Shown: piece after piece, positions 19,662 through 28,581 of the stretch
Position numbering within the stretch: position 1 is the stretch's first letter
Layout of the letters: the number at the start of each line of letters is the position of its first letter
Source: Clostridia bacterium
GTDB lineage: Bacteria > Bacillota > Clostridia > UMGS1883
Assembly (NCBI GenBank): GCA_051866635.1
Contig: JBJDXJ010000046.1
Span: forward strand, 16,168 to 80,167
Direction of reading: 5' to 3'
DNA: 64,000 bases
Notes under the pieces: model-generated
Database searches by the model: none
What the model was told of the DNA's origin: nothing
Seen by the model: the letters and a program-made list of their open reading frames with translations, nothing else
Position numbers and translations under genes: made by a program

Positions 19662-20276
19662 ATGGACAGAGTTACATTGAAGAAAACTGCGTTGGAACAG
19701 ATTAAGGGCAAAATAGGACTTTTGTTCCTTATTGGGCTTATTCAAGTGGGATTTTCGATAGTTTTATCGTTTATTCCTGTGGTGGGAAATATCGTGTACA
19801 GCTTTGTTTTTGCACCTGCGTTCTTTCTTTCCGAGGCAATAATTTATTTAAAGCTTGTTAATGGGGAAGCATTTTCCGTGTCAGATGTTTTCGCAGGCTT
19901 TTATGATTTGTGGTCTGCTATAAAGGTTAGCTTTTTTATTACACTTTTTACATTTTTGTGGAGCCTTCTTTTCTTCATTCCCGGTATAATTAAGGGTATA
20001 TCATACTCCATGTCTATGTATATTTTAGCTGAAAATAAAGGCATGGGTGCCCTTGAAGCAATTAGCCGTTCCAAGAAAATGATGCACGGTCATAAGATGG
20101 ATTTCTTCGTTCTCCGGCTTTCTTTCTTAGGTTGGATAATTTTAGGTATTTTCACACTGGGTATTCTTTACATCTGGCTTGTCCCCTATATGAATGCAGC
20201 TTATCTTAACTTCTACAACAGCATTAAGCCTCACAACGAAACTCAGAGCGTTAATGACGATTTTATCAGGGAATAA
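19662..20276 (+). CDS. DUF975 family membrane protein
   Basis: MDRVTLKKTALEQIKGKIG... with four TM helices. The start is chosen at 19662, after the RBS CAGGAGGG. Confidence 0.65.
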   Translation: MDRVTLKKTALEQIKGKIGLLFLIGLIQVGFSIVLSFIPVVGNIVYSFVFAPAFFLSEAIIYLKLVNGEAFSVSDVFAGFYDLWSAIKVSFFITLFTFLWSLLFFIPGIIKGISYSMSMYILAENKGMGALEAISRSKKMMHGHKMDFFVLRLSFLGWIILGIFTLGILYIWLVPYMNAAYLNFYNSIKPHNETQSVNDDFIRE

Positions 20277-20290
20277 AAGTGAATGGTAGA

Positions 20291-20330
20291 AAAAAACGAC
20301 AACTTTCGAAATAAAGTTGTCGTTTTTTTT
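20291..20330. terminator. Bidirectional rho-independent terminator
   Basis: A6-CGACAACTTT-cgaaat-AAAGTTGTCG-T8. Confidence 0.75.
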
Positions 20331-20495
20331 GTAAAAGCCAAACAATTTAGTTATCCGTGTTATTTATTAGATTATGCTATAAATTTATCTTCATTAGCGA
20401 AATATGCCTTTTACATTTGCGAAGCAAATATTTCACAACGAAGTTATTTCACAATGCGTTAGCATTATTTCACACGCCGTAAGGCGTATTTCGTT

Positions 20496-20528
20496 AAAAA
20501 AATGACTTGTCGAAACAAGTCGTTTTTT
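20496..20528. terminator. Small bidirectional terminator hairpin
   Basis: A7-tGACTTGT-cgaa-ACAAGTC-gT6. Confidence 0.5.
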
Positions 20529-20653
20529 CTGGTGGATCTTTAGTTCGTACGTTAAGAAAACAGTCCGGTGGACTGTTTTTAGTCCGAAGTCCCTGCGTGC
20601 TGAAAACGAGCAACTCTTTGCGATGTTTGAAGCCGCCCGAAGGGAAGATTCAC

Positions 20654-20697
20654 CAAAAAATGCCCTTTTGCATTGGCATGCAAAAGGGCATTTTTTG
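20654..20697 (-). terminator. Terminator of the tRNA operon
   Basis: A perfect 14-bp stem, ATGCCCTTTTGCAT / ATGCAAAAGGGCAT, with a 4-nt loop. It is flanked by A6 and T6 and lies immediately 3' of tRNA(CAU) on the minus strand. Confidence 0.75.
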
Positions 20698-20772
20698 GTG
20701 GATCTTCAGGGACTCGAACCCCGGACCGACCGGTTATGAGCCGGTAGCTCTAACCAACTGAGCTAAAGATCC
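20696..20772 (-). tRNA. tRNA with CAU anticodon (Met or lysidine-modified Ile2)
   Basis: The reverse complement is GGATCTTTAGCTCAGTTGGTTAGAGCTACCGGCTCATAACCGGTCGGTCCGGGGTTCGAGTCCCTGAAGATCCACCA. The cloverleaf has a 7-bp acceptor stem, an anticodon loop CTCATAA, the T-loop GGTTCGAGTCC and an encoded CCA. The body resembles Bacillus tRNA-Ile2. Confidence 0.85.
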
Positions 20773-20774
20773 GT

Positions 20775-20850
20775 TGGCTCCTCCAGCTGGACTTGAACCA
20801 GCGACATCATGATTAACAGTCATGCGCTCTACCGACTGAGCTATAGAGGA
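20775..20850 (-). tRNA. tRNA-Asn (GUU)
   Basis: The reverse complement is TCCTCTATAGCTCAGTCGGTAGAGCGCATGACTGTTAATCATGATGTCGCTGGTTCAAGTCCAGCTGGAGGAGCCA. The anticodon loop is CTGTTAA. Confidence 0.85.
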
Positions 20851-20872
20851 ATATTATTAAATCAGCTTTTTT

Positions 20873-20901
20873 ATTATAATACCATCAATAGATTTTGTCA
20901 A
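20873..20901 (-). promoter_or_regulatory. Consensus sigma-A promoter of the tRNA operon
   Basis: On the minus strand: TTGACA, then a 17-nt spacer, then TATAAT. It lies about 21 nt upstream of the tRNA-Asn 5' end. Confidence 0.7.
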
Positions 20902-21033
20902 GGGGAAATGTTAAATTTTTTAGTAAATTTTTTAAATTTTCACCAAACTTTAACTTTACTTTTGCTTCAGTCGGTGTTATAATTCATTTTTGGTGTAGGA
21001 CACCATATATTTTATTATAAGGAAGCGATCAAA

Positions 21034-22326
21034 ATGTCAAGTATTTTATTATCTGTTTCCATTGCCCTCTTGGGCGGTCTTTTGATGACTCGTGCGTTTA
21101 AGCCTTTGAAATTACCTTCTGTAACGGCATATCTTATTGCCGGTGTCCTTATAGGACCTTATTGCATAGGCAGAATCGGTATTTCCGGTATCGGCTTTAA
21201 CACAATGGAGGCTGTAGAAGCTTTAGGTATTATCTCCGAAGTTGCATTAGGCTTTATTGCCTTTTCAATCGGTAGTGAGTTCAGATTAAATGATTTGAAG
21301 AAAACAGGTAAGCAGGCAGTTGTAATAGGTATTTTTCAGGCTGTAGCTGCAACTATTTTAGTTGATTTAGCTCTTTATGTACTGTATCTTTTAATTCTGG
21401 GTGCGATTACTGTTCCCCAGCTTTTGACTTTAGGTGCAATCGCTACTGCAACAGCACCTGCGGCAACACTTATGGTTGTAAGACAGTACAAGGCAAAGGG
21501 TCCTTTGACAAACCTTCTTTTGCCCATCGTTGCATTGGACGATGCTGTTGGTCTTGTAGTATTTGCCGTATCCTTCGGCATTGCAAAAACACTTATTTCA
21601 GGCACTGTTGACATGGTTTCTATCATTGTTAACCCCTTGGTTGAAATTGTTGCATCTCTCCTTTTAGGTTCTGTTATGGGTTGGCTTCTTACTCAGCTTG
21701 AAAAGATGTTCAACTCCAACACAAACAGACTTAACATGACAATTGCTTTTGTTATGATGACAGTTGCACTTTCCAAGTTGGAGTTTCATATAGGACCTGT
21801 ACACATAGCATTTTCTTCACTTCTTGTATGTATGATGCTCGGTACAATTTTCTGCAACATCTGTCCCCTTTCTCATGATTTAATGGGCAGATCCGATAAG
21901 TGGACATCTCCTCTTTCCGCACTTTTCTTTGTTATCAGCGGTGCAGAATTGGAACTTAGTGTATTTACAAGTGCAATCGTTGTTTTAATCGGCGTTGTTT
22001 ATATTGTATTCCGTTCCTTGGGTAAATATTTTGGTTCTTTTGTAAGTGCAAAGTTTACAAAGTGTGAACCTAATATATGCAAGTACTTAGGTATTACACT
22101 TCTTCCCCAGGCAGGTGTGGCATTGGGTATGTGCACATTGGCGGCAGAAGGACTTGGTGCAGATGGTACTCTTGTTCGTAACATAACACTTTTTGCAGTT
22201 CTTGTTTATGAACTTGTCGGTCCTTTGTTGACCCGTATGGCACTTACAGCCGCAGGTGATATTAAGCCCATGAGCGAAGAAGTAAAGATGAGAAGACATA
22301 ACATGTTAAAAGAAGTAAATAAGTAA
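21034..22326 (+). CDS. Cation:proton antiporter (CPA2 / NapA-type Na+/H+ antiporter)
   Basis: A 430-aa protein with about 12 TM helices. The CPA2 motifs are GPYCIGRIGISG and TATAPAATLMVVRQYKAKG...IVALDDAVG. Confidence 0.8.
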   Translation: MSSILLSVSIALLGGLLMTRAFKPLKLPSVTAYLIAGVLIGPYCIGRIGISGIGFNTMEAVEALGIISEVALGFIAFSIGSEFRLNDLKKTGKQAVVIGIFQAVAATILVDLALYVLYLLILGAITVPQLLTLGAIATATAPAATLMVVRQYKAKGPLTNLLLPIVALDDAVGLVVFAVSFGIAKTLISGTVDMVSIIVNPLVEIVASLLLGSVMGWLLTQLEKMFNSNTNRLNMTIAFVMMTVALSKLEFHIGPVHIAFSSLLVCMMLGTIFCNICPLSHDLMGRSDKWTSPLSALFFVISGAELELSVFTSAIVVLIGVVYIVFRSLGKYFGSFVSAKFTKCEPNICKYLGITLLPQAGVALGMCTLAAEGLGADGTLVRNITLFAVLVYELVGPLLTRMALTAAGDIKPMSEEVKMRRHNMLKEVNK

Positions 22327-22399
22327 TTATTCTGAGCTGTTGCAGAGAAGATTTCATAATTCTCGGTAGCAGCTCAATTTCTTTCTTTTAAAATTTTTA

Positions 22400-22428
22400 T
22401 TTACATTTTAATTCTTTTATAGTATAAT
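22400..22428 (+). promoter_or_regulatory. Candidate promoter of the Na/Pi cotransporter gene
   Basis: TTTACA, then a 17-nt spacer, then TATAAT. Confidence 0.5.
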
Positions 22429-22483
22429 TACTTTGCATTTAAATATAGAAAAACATCTGACTCTTTAAAATTGGAGGTTTGTT

Positions 22484-24250
22484 ATGGACATATTCTCAAT
22501 ACTTACACTTGCCGGGGGTCTGGCATTGTTTTTGTACGGTATGGACGTAATGACAGACAGTCTGAAAAAGTTAGCAGGCGGTAAGCTTGAGTTGATTCTT
22601 TCAAAGCTTACTTCAAACAGGTTCATCGGTTTCCTGCTGGGCTTTTTTGTAACTGCCGTTATTCAGTCTTCCTCTGCCACAACGGTTATGTTAGTTGGTT
22701 TTGTAAACTCAGGTATTATGAAGTTAGGGCAGACTATTTCCGTTATCATGGGTGCCAACGTAGGTACTACCGTTACATCCTGGCTTTTAAGTTTGTCAGG
22801 TATTGGAGGTTCAGGTCCTTTATGGCTTCAGCTTTTAAAGCCTTCTTCATTTACACCTGTACTTATCGTAATCGGTGTAATAATGCTTATGACTTGTAAG
22901 TCCGACAAAAAGAAAAACATTGCAACTATTTTAGTAGGTTTTTCCGTTCTTATGTTCGGTATGGAAATGATGAGCGATGCAATGAGCGGTTTAAAGGACA
23001 GCGAGGCTTTCCGTAACCTTCTTATCACATTTGAAAATCCCATTCTTGCAATTTTAGCCGGTACTTTGCTCACTGCTGTAATTCAGTCATCTTCCGCATC
23101 TATCGGTATTTTGCAGGCATTGGCACTTTCCTGTGATATACCCTTTGCTGTTGCCGTTCCCATTATCTTAGGTCAGAACATAGGCACAACAATTACGCCT
23201 ATTCTTTCATCAATTACAGGTAATACCGAGTCAAAGCGTGTTGCAACCGCCTGTCTTTACATAAAGATTTTAGGCGTTGGCATTGTTTACACATTGTTCT
23301 GTATCCTTAACGGTATTTTTGATTTTTCCTTTATGTCAGGCAATGCTACCATTGCAAGTATCGCTGTTATACACACATCCTTCAACGTTATTTCTTCATT
23401 CATTCTTATCTTCTTCTGTAAGCCTATTGAAATGCTTTCAATTAAGACTATCAGATCCAGAAAGGTTGAAGAAGTTTCCGAGTTTGGCATTCTGGATGAT
23501 AGATTTCTTTCTATCCCCTCCTTCGCTGTTGAAAAGTGTCGTGAGATGGTTTGCGAAATGTCAAACAAAGCAAAGGATGCCGTTATCAATGCAACAAGTT
23601 TAATTGAGAATTACGAAAAAGAACGTGTTGAAAAAATTATCGAAAGTGAAAACCTTATCGACGTTTATGAAGATAAAATCAGCACATATCTTGTTAAAAT
23701 CGCAAAATCTGACCTTTCTTCAAAAGACAGTAAGACAACAACAGAGCTTCTTCAATGTATAAGTGATATTGAGCGTATTTCTGACTATGCGGCTATTATT
23801 TCCGGAAACATTGATGAAATTAACAGAAACCACTTAAAGTTTTCCGATTCTGCAATGTTTGAGCTTAAGACTATTGCTTCCGCAGTAACAGAGCTTTTAG
23901 GTTATACTCACAATGCACTTTTAAATAATGACCTTGAAGTAGCAAGAGAAGTTGAACCCTTGAGACAGGTTGTTGACAGGTTAAAGGTTAAGATTAAGAC
24001 AAATCATGTTGTACGCCTTCAGGAAGGAAAATGTTCCATTGAAATGGGTCTTATCCTTTCCGACCTTTTGAACAACTATTCCCGTATTGCGGACCACTGT
24101 TCAAATGTTGCGGTCTGCCTTTTGGAAAGTGCCCGCGGCAGTATGGAAGCACACGGTTATCTTAACACTGTTGTTAACTCCGATGAGGACAAGTTCTTTA
24201 CAGAAAAGTACAGACATTACAAGGATAAGTATTCAATAACAGCTAACTAA
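22484..24250 (+). CDS. Na/Pi cotransporter family protein with C-terminal PhoU-like domain
   Basis: The N-terminal segment MDIFSILTLAGGLALFLYGMDVMTDSLKKLAG is typical. Two Na/Pi-cotransporter repeats each carry the QSSSA motif. The C-terminus is a PhoU-like helical domain. Confidence 0.85.
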   Translation: MDIFSILTLAGGLALFLYGMDVMTDSLKKLAGGKLELILSKLTSNRFIGFLLGFFVTAVIQSSSATTVMLVGFVNSGIMKLGQTISVIMGANVGTTVTSWLLSLSGIGGSGPLWLQLLKPSSFTPVLIVIGVIMLMTCKSDKKKNIATILVGFSVLMFGMEMMSDAMSGLKDSEAFRNLLITFENPILAILAGTLLTAVIQSSSASIGILQALALSCDIPFAVAVPIILGQNIGTTITPILSSITGNTESKRVATACLYIKILGVGIVYTLFCILNGIFDFSFMSGNATIASIAVIHTSFNVISSFILIFFCKPIEMLSIKTIRSRKVEEVSEFGILDDRFLSIPSFAVEKCREMVCEMSNKAKDAVINATSLIENYEKERVEKIIESENLIDVYEDKISTYLVKIAKSDLSSKDSKTTTELLQCISDIERISDYAAIISGNIDEINRNHLKFSDSAMFELKTIASAVTELLGYTHNALLNNDLEVAREVEPLRQVVDRLKVKIKTNHVVRLQEGKCSIEMGLILSDLLNNYSRIADHCSNVAVCLLESARGSMEAHGYLNTVVNSDEDKFFTEKYRHYKDKYSITAN

Positions 24251-24263
24251 TACTAATAATTCA

Positions 24264-24300
24264 AACACCTCAAAGTTTTCCGCTTTGAGGTGTTTTTTTC
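24264..24300 (+). terminator. Rho-independent terminator
   Basis: AACACCTCAAAG-ttttccg-CTTTGAGGTGTT-T7. Confidence 0.8.
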
Positions 24301-24415
24301 CTTAGATTTATATAAAAAATTTACTTTTTTACAAAAAATTCATTATATTTAACTTGCAGGTTGTATATATTTCTGTTAAAATTACTATTAGTGTATTAAG
24401 TTAGGAGATAAAAAT

Positions 24416-25378
24416 ATGGCTAAAGATAAATGTGAAAAATCCTGTCATATAACGTCCATCGGCGGCAGTGCCGTTATGGAAGGCGTTATGATGAAGGGAC
24501 CCAAGGAAATTGCTACTGCAGTACGAAAGCCTGACGGTGAAATCATTATTGATAAAAAGCCCGTAGGCAGTCTTGTTACAAAATATCACGTTAATAAAAT
24601 TCCCATTGTACGTGGTATTTTCGCCTTTTTTGACTCTATGGTTTCCTCAATGAAGGCACTTATGTTCAGTGCTGAATTTGTTGATTTGGAAGGCGAAGAG
24701 GATGAAATGGGGAAATTTGAAAAATGGCTTACAAATAAGTTAGGTGACAAAATGAAGGATGCGGTAATTTACTTTTCTGTAGTTATTGCTGTTATTTTCT
24801 CAATCGGACTTTTCATGCTTCTTCCCCATGCGTTAGGCATGCTGGCAGGCATTTTTATAAAAAACACCATGGTGCTTACCTTAATTGAAAGCGTTGTTAA
24901 AATTATTATTTTCTTAGGATACATTTTGCTTATTTCCCAGATGGAGGATATTAAAAGGGTGTTCCAGTACCACGGTGCAGAGCATAAAACAATCGCCTGT
25001 TATGAACATGGTATGGAGCTTACACCGGAAAACGCCGCCAAGTGTTCACGCCTTCATCCCCGTTGCGGCACCAGCTTTTTAGTGTTTGTTATAGTTATAA
25101 GCATTATTCTTTTCGCACTTGTGTCACGCTATTCCTGGGGTAATTACTTCGTAGGCTTAGGCATCAGGCTTTTGCTTTTACCTGTTGTTTCAGGTCTTTC
25201 TTACGAGGTTATCCGCTGGGCAGGCAAAAGTCAGAATGAATGTGTTGCACTTCTCTCAAAGCCCGGTATGTGGATGCAGAAGATTACAACACGCGAGCCC
25301 GATGAAAAACAGTTAGAAGTTGCAATTGCCTCCATGAAAGCTGTTCTTACAGACAATAAAGAGGATGATAAGTGGTGA
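24416..25378 (+). CDS. DUF1385 domain membrane protein (YqhQ-like)
   Basis: The N-terminus reads ...IGGSAVMEGVMMKGP..., and TM helices are present. It sits immediately upstream of prmC and overlaps it by 7 nt. Confidence 0.65.
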   Translation: MAKDKCEKSCHITSIGGSAVMEGVMMKGPKEIATAVRKPDGEIIIDKKPVGSLVTKYHVNKIPIVRGIFAFFDSMVSSMKALMFSAEFVDLEGEEDEMGKFEKWLTNKLGDKMKDAVIYFSVVIAVIFSIGLFMLLPHALGMLAGIFIKNTMVLTLIESVVKIIIFLGYILLISQMEDIKRVFQYHGAEHKTIACYEHGMELTPENAAKCSRLHPRCGTSFLVFVIVISIILFALVSRYSWGNYFVGLGIRLLLLPVVSGLSYEVIRWAGKSQNECVALLSKPGMWMQKITTREPDEKQLEVAIASMKAVLTDNKEDDKW

Positions 25379-26181
25379 GTTTAGTAAATAAATACTACAA
25401 ATTATTGTCAGGCTATTCTGATTCGCCCTTGCAGGATGCGAGGGCGTTTTTGTCATATGTGCTTCAAGCAGACCCACTTCTTATATGGCGTGAGCTTACA
25501 GAGGAAGAAGAGGGGAAAATTCTTGACTGTATTGAAAAACGCAAAAGCGGAATTCCCGTTGCCTATATAACAGGAGAGAAGGAATTTATGGCTCTCCCCT
25601 TTTTTGTTGATGAATCCACCTTAATCCCACGGCCTGATACTGAAACAATAGTTGAAACGCTGATGGAAGAAAACCCTTTCAAAAGCCCTGTTATAACGGA
25701 CCTTTGCTGTGGCAGTGGGTGCATTGGAATTTCCCTTGCCCACTATATAAAAGATGCCACAGTTACAATGTGGGATATTTCAGAAGGGGCAATTAACATT
25801 GCAAACAAAAACATTAAAAGAAACAATCTTACAAGCCGTGTAACAGTAGCTTACGGCAATGTTTTAGAGGATGATTATCCCGAAAGTGATATTATCGTTT
25901 CAAACCCCCCATATATTGCAAATGATATTGTAGATACTCTGGAGGTTTCAAAATTTGAACCTCACCTTGCATTAAAGGGCGGTGTAGATGGGCTGGATTT
26001 TTACCGTACAATGATACCTAAGGCTTATAAAGCATTAAACCCCAACGGTATTTTAGCCTTTGAAATAGGTTATGACCAGGGTAAAGAGGTAAAAGAGCTT
26101 ATGGAGGGGTATTTTTCCCATGTTAAAGTAAAAAAAGATTATCAACATAACGATCGTATGGTTTACGGATATAAAAGATAG
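25372..26181 (+). CDS. prmC: Peptide chain release factor N5-glutamine methyltransferase
   Basis: The SAM-methyltransferase fold carries the catalytic NPPY motif (VSNPPYI) and the glycine-rich motif DLCCGSGCIG. Confidence 0.85.
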   Translation: MVSLVNKYYKLLSGYSDSPLQDARAFLSYVLQADPLLIWRELTEEEEGKILDCIEKRKSGIPVAYITGEKEFMALPFFVDESTLIPRPDTETIVETLMEENPFKSPVITDLCCGSGCIGISLAHYIKDATVTMWDISEGAINIANKNIKRNNLTSRVTVAYGNVLEDDYPESDIIVSNPPYIANDIVDTLEVSKFEPHLALKGGVDGLDFYRTMIPKAYKALNPNGILAFEIGYDQGKEVKELMEGYFSHVKVKKDYQHNDRMVYGYKR

Positions 26182-26231
26182 TTGAAATAAGCTATTTTTT
26201 GTGTTATTATATACAAAGAATATGTTAGGAG

Positions 26232-27398
26232 TTGAAAACAATGACCACAATTACAAACGATATCAAATATGTAGGCGTAGATGATTATAAAATTGACCTT
26301 TTTGAAGGGCAGTATAAAGTTCCTCACGGTATGTGCTACAATTCATACCTTATCTTGGATGAAAAAACAGCTGTTATGGACACAGTTGACATTAATTTCA
26401 CCGAAGAATGGCTTAATAATATTGATTCTTTTTTAAGCGGCAAGGCACCTGATTATCTTATAGTACAGCATATGGAGCCTGACCATTCCGCAAATATTTT
26501 AAACTTTGCAAACCGTTATCCCGATGCAAAAATTGTGTCATCTCAAAAAGCATTTGCAATGATGAAGGGATTTTTCGGAACTGACTTTTCGGACAGAGGC
26601 GTTGTTGTGGGCGAAGGTGACAGTCTTTCCCTCGGAAAACACAACCTTACCTTTGTAACTGCACCCATGGTTCACTGGCCTGAAGTAATTGTAACATATG
26701 ACAAAACTGACAAGGTTCTTTTCTCTGCTGACGGCTTTGGCAAATTTGGCAATATTGATGCCAAGGAGGATTGGGCAGATGAGGCAAGAAGGTATTACAT
26801 CGGCATTGTAGGAAAATACGGTATGCAGGTTCAGGCACTTTTGAAAAAGGCGGCAAATCTTGATATTGAGATTATATGCCCTCTTCACGGACCTGTGCTC
26901 AGCGAAAACTTAGGCTATTATATTAACCTTTATGATATATGGTCAAGCTACAGAAGCGAAGAGGATGGCGTTGTGATTGCCTACACTTCCGTTTACGGAA
27001 ACACAAAGAAGGCAGCCTTGTACCTTTCAGAGCATCTTTTGGAAAAGGGATGTAAAAATGTTAAGGTATACGACCTTGCAAGGTGTGATATGGCACAGGC
27101 AGTTGCAGACACATTTAAGTACAGCAAGACAGTTTTTGCAACAACAACTTATAATGGTGATATCTTCCCCTTTATGAAGGAGTTTATCAATCACCTTACA
27201 GAGCGTAATTTCCAAAATAAAACCGTTTCCTTTATTGAAAACGGAACATGGGCGCCTGTTGCCGCAAAGGTTATGAAATCTATGCTTGAAAAGAGCAAGA
27301 ATTTAACATATGCGGAAAATGAAGTTAAAATCATGTCAGGCTTGAATGAAGAAAGCAAAAAACAGCTTAATGCCTTAGCTGACGAGCTGTGCAAATAA
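26232..27398 (+). CDS. fprA: FprA family A-type flavodiiron protein (O2/NO reductase)
   Basis: The metallo-beta-lactamase domain has the di-iron motif HMEPDH. A flavodoxin domain, IAYTSVYGNTKK, follows. Confidence 0.85.
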   Translation: MKTMTTITNDIKYVGVDDYKIDLFEGQYKVPHGMCYNSYLILDEKTAVMDTVDINFTEEWLNNIDSFLSGKAPDYLIVQHMEPDHSANILNFANRYPDAKIVSSQKAFAMMKGFFGTDFSDRGVVVGEGDSLSLGKHNLTFVTAPMVHWPEVIVTYDKTDKVLFSADGFGKFGNIDAKEDWADEARRYYIGIVGKYGMQVQALLKKAANLDIEIICPLHGPVLSENLGYYINLYDIWSSYRSEEDGVVIAYTSVYGNTKKAALYLSEHLLEKGCKNVKVYDLARCDMAQAVADTFKYSKTVFATTTYNGDIFPFMKEFINHLTERNFQNKTVSFIENGTWAPVAAKVMKSMLEKSKNLTYAENEVKIMSGLNEESKKQLNALADELCK

Positions 27399-27426
27399 TT
27401 TAAAACTACTAAGGAGGAACAACACT

Positions 27427-27774
27427 ATGGAACAGAAGCTTTATATCTGTGAACATTGCGGACAAATTATTATTAAAGTTAAGGATAAAGGCGTACCTGT
27501 AATGTGCTGCGGTGAACCCATGAAGGAATATGTTCCCGAAGCGGCACCTGTTTGCGACCTTAAGCCCGTTAACACAAAGTCAAACGAAGATTATATTGTA
27601 TGTAAATGCAATAATGTAAGCTATTTTGATATTTTAGATGCAGTTCAGTCACATAACAACTTTGATGACCTTATGAAAGTTTTTGGCGATGTTAAAAACA
27701 CCACAAAATGCTCCACAGGTTGCGGTGGCTGTTACGATAAGGTAATCGAAATCATATCTGCAAGTATGCACTGA
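27427..27774 (+). CDS. Two-domain small redox protein: desulforedoxin-like rubredoxin-type Fe(Cys)4 domain fused to a BFD-like [2Fe-2S]-binding domain
   Basis: The N-terminal segment LYICEHCGQIIIKVKDKGVPVMCCGEPM matches D. gigas desulforedoxin (CELCGQVV...LVCCGEDM). The C-terminal Cys pattern is CKC-x32-C-x3-C-x2-C, with VCKCNNVSYFDILDAV matching the Fer2_BFD pattern. The RBS is AAGGAGG. Confidence 0.6.
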   Translation: MEQKLYICEHCGQIIIKVKDKGVPVMCCGEPMKEYVPEAAPVCDLKPVNTKSNEDYIVCKCNNVSYFDILDAVQSHNNFDDLMKVFGDVKNTTKCSTGCGGCYDKVIEIISASMH

Positions 27775-27834
27775 TAAAAATACATTTTTCCGGCAAAAAA
27801 AGAGACTGTAAAAAAGTCTCGAAAGAAATAAGTT

Positions 27835-27912
27835 AAGACCATTTGGGACAGTCCCCCTTATGGCAAATTGGGAAACAATTTGTCATAAGGGGGACTGTCC
27901 CGAAATGGTCTT
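27835..27912. terminator. 78-nt near-perfect inverted repeat; likely a bidirectional terminator between convergent genes
   Basis: AAGACCATTTGGGACAGTCCCCCTTATG ... CATAAGGGGGACTGTCCCgAAATGGTCTT forms a 28-bp stem with one bulge. The loop is itself palindromic, CAAATTGggaaaCAATTTG. T5 follows. Confidence 0.6.
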
Positions 27913-27948
27913 TTTGTTATATCAGAGCCACTTTTTGTTTGCTTTATT

Positions 27949-28566
27949 TTAAAATTCAATACTTAATGCTCTTTTTGCAATAATCAATGCTTCCTGTACT
28001 GTGCAGTTGCCTAAGGGGTTAATCTTGTTTTCGTCAGTACCCTTTATAAGCTCTGCCATCACCATAAACTTTACAGCGTCCTCTGCCCAATCGCTTACCT
28101 CACTACCGTCTGCAAATTCAGAAAGTGAAGGAAGATACGATGAAAAATCAACATCTTCGGGAATAAATTTATCAGCAATTCTGTAAAGCATCACACAAAT
28201 CTGCTCACGTGTTACAGATAAATCGGGGGCAAACTCTGTTTCGCTTACACCCTTTACCAAGCCTAAACCGTATGCAGTTACAACAAAAGGATTATTGCAG
28301 TCTGTAAATGGGTTAGAAACGCTCATTTTCGGTATTTCCATATTAGACATGGATGCATAAATATAAAGTGCTATCACGGCAAATTCTTCTCGGGTGATTT
28401 CCTTTTTGTAGTCTATCTCACTTTTAATTACACTTTTAAGAAATCTTGCCCCTTGATAATCAACTTCAGCAGCTGCCCATTCATCAGGCTCACTTTGTGC
28501 AAAAACTGCCATGCTAACAGAAAACGCCATCGAAATAACAAGTAACAATGCTACAACCTTTTTCAT
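27949..28566 (-). CDS. Small secreted SLH-domain-only protein (three SLH repeats)
   Basis: Signal peptide MKKVVALLLVISMAFSVSMAVFA. Three SLH-like repeats follow, for example FTDCNNPFVVTAYGLGLVKGVSETEFAPDLSVTREQ. Confidence 0.65.
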   Translation of the reverse strand: MKKVVALLLVISMAFSVSMAVFAQSEPDEWAAAEVDYQGARFLKSVIKSEIDYKKEITREEFAVIALYIYASMSNMEIPKMSVSNPFTDCNNPFVVTAYGLGLVKGVSETEFAPDLSVTREQICVMLYRIADKFIPEDVDFSSYLPSLSEFADGSEVSDWAEDAVKFMVMAELIKGTDENKINPLGNCTVQEALIIAKRALSIEF

Positions 28567-28581
28567 TATCTCATCCCCTAA

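Noticed and set aside
20507-20761. 84-aa plus-strand ORF
   Set aside because: It overlaps the tRNA(CAU) gene and two terminator hairpins, so it is not coding.
22327-22390. Terminator after the first CPA2 gene
   Set aside because: Only an imperfect stem (GAGCTGTTGC...GTAGCAGCTC) with a weak T-tract is present. It is too uncertain to list as a feature.
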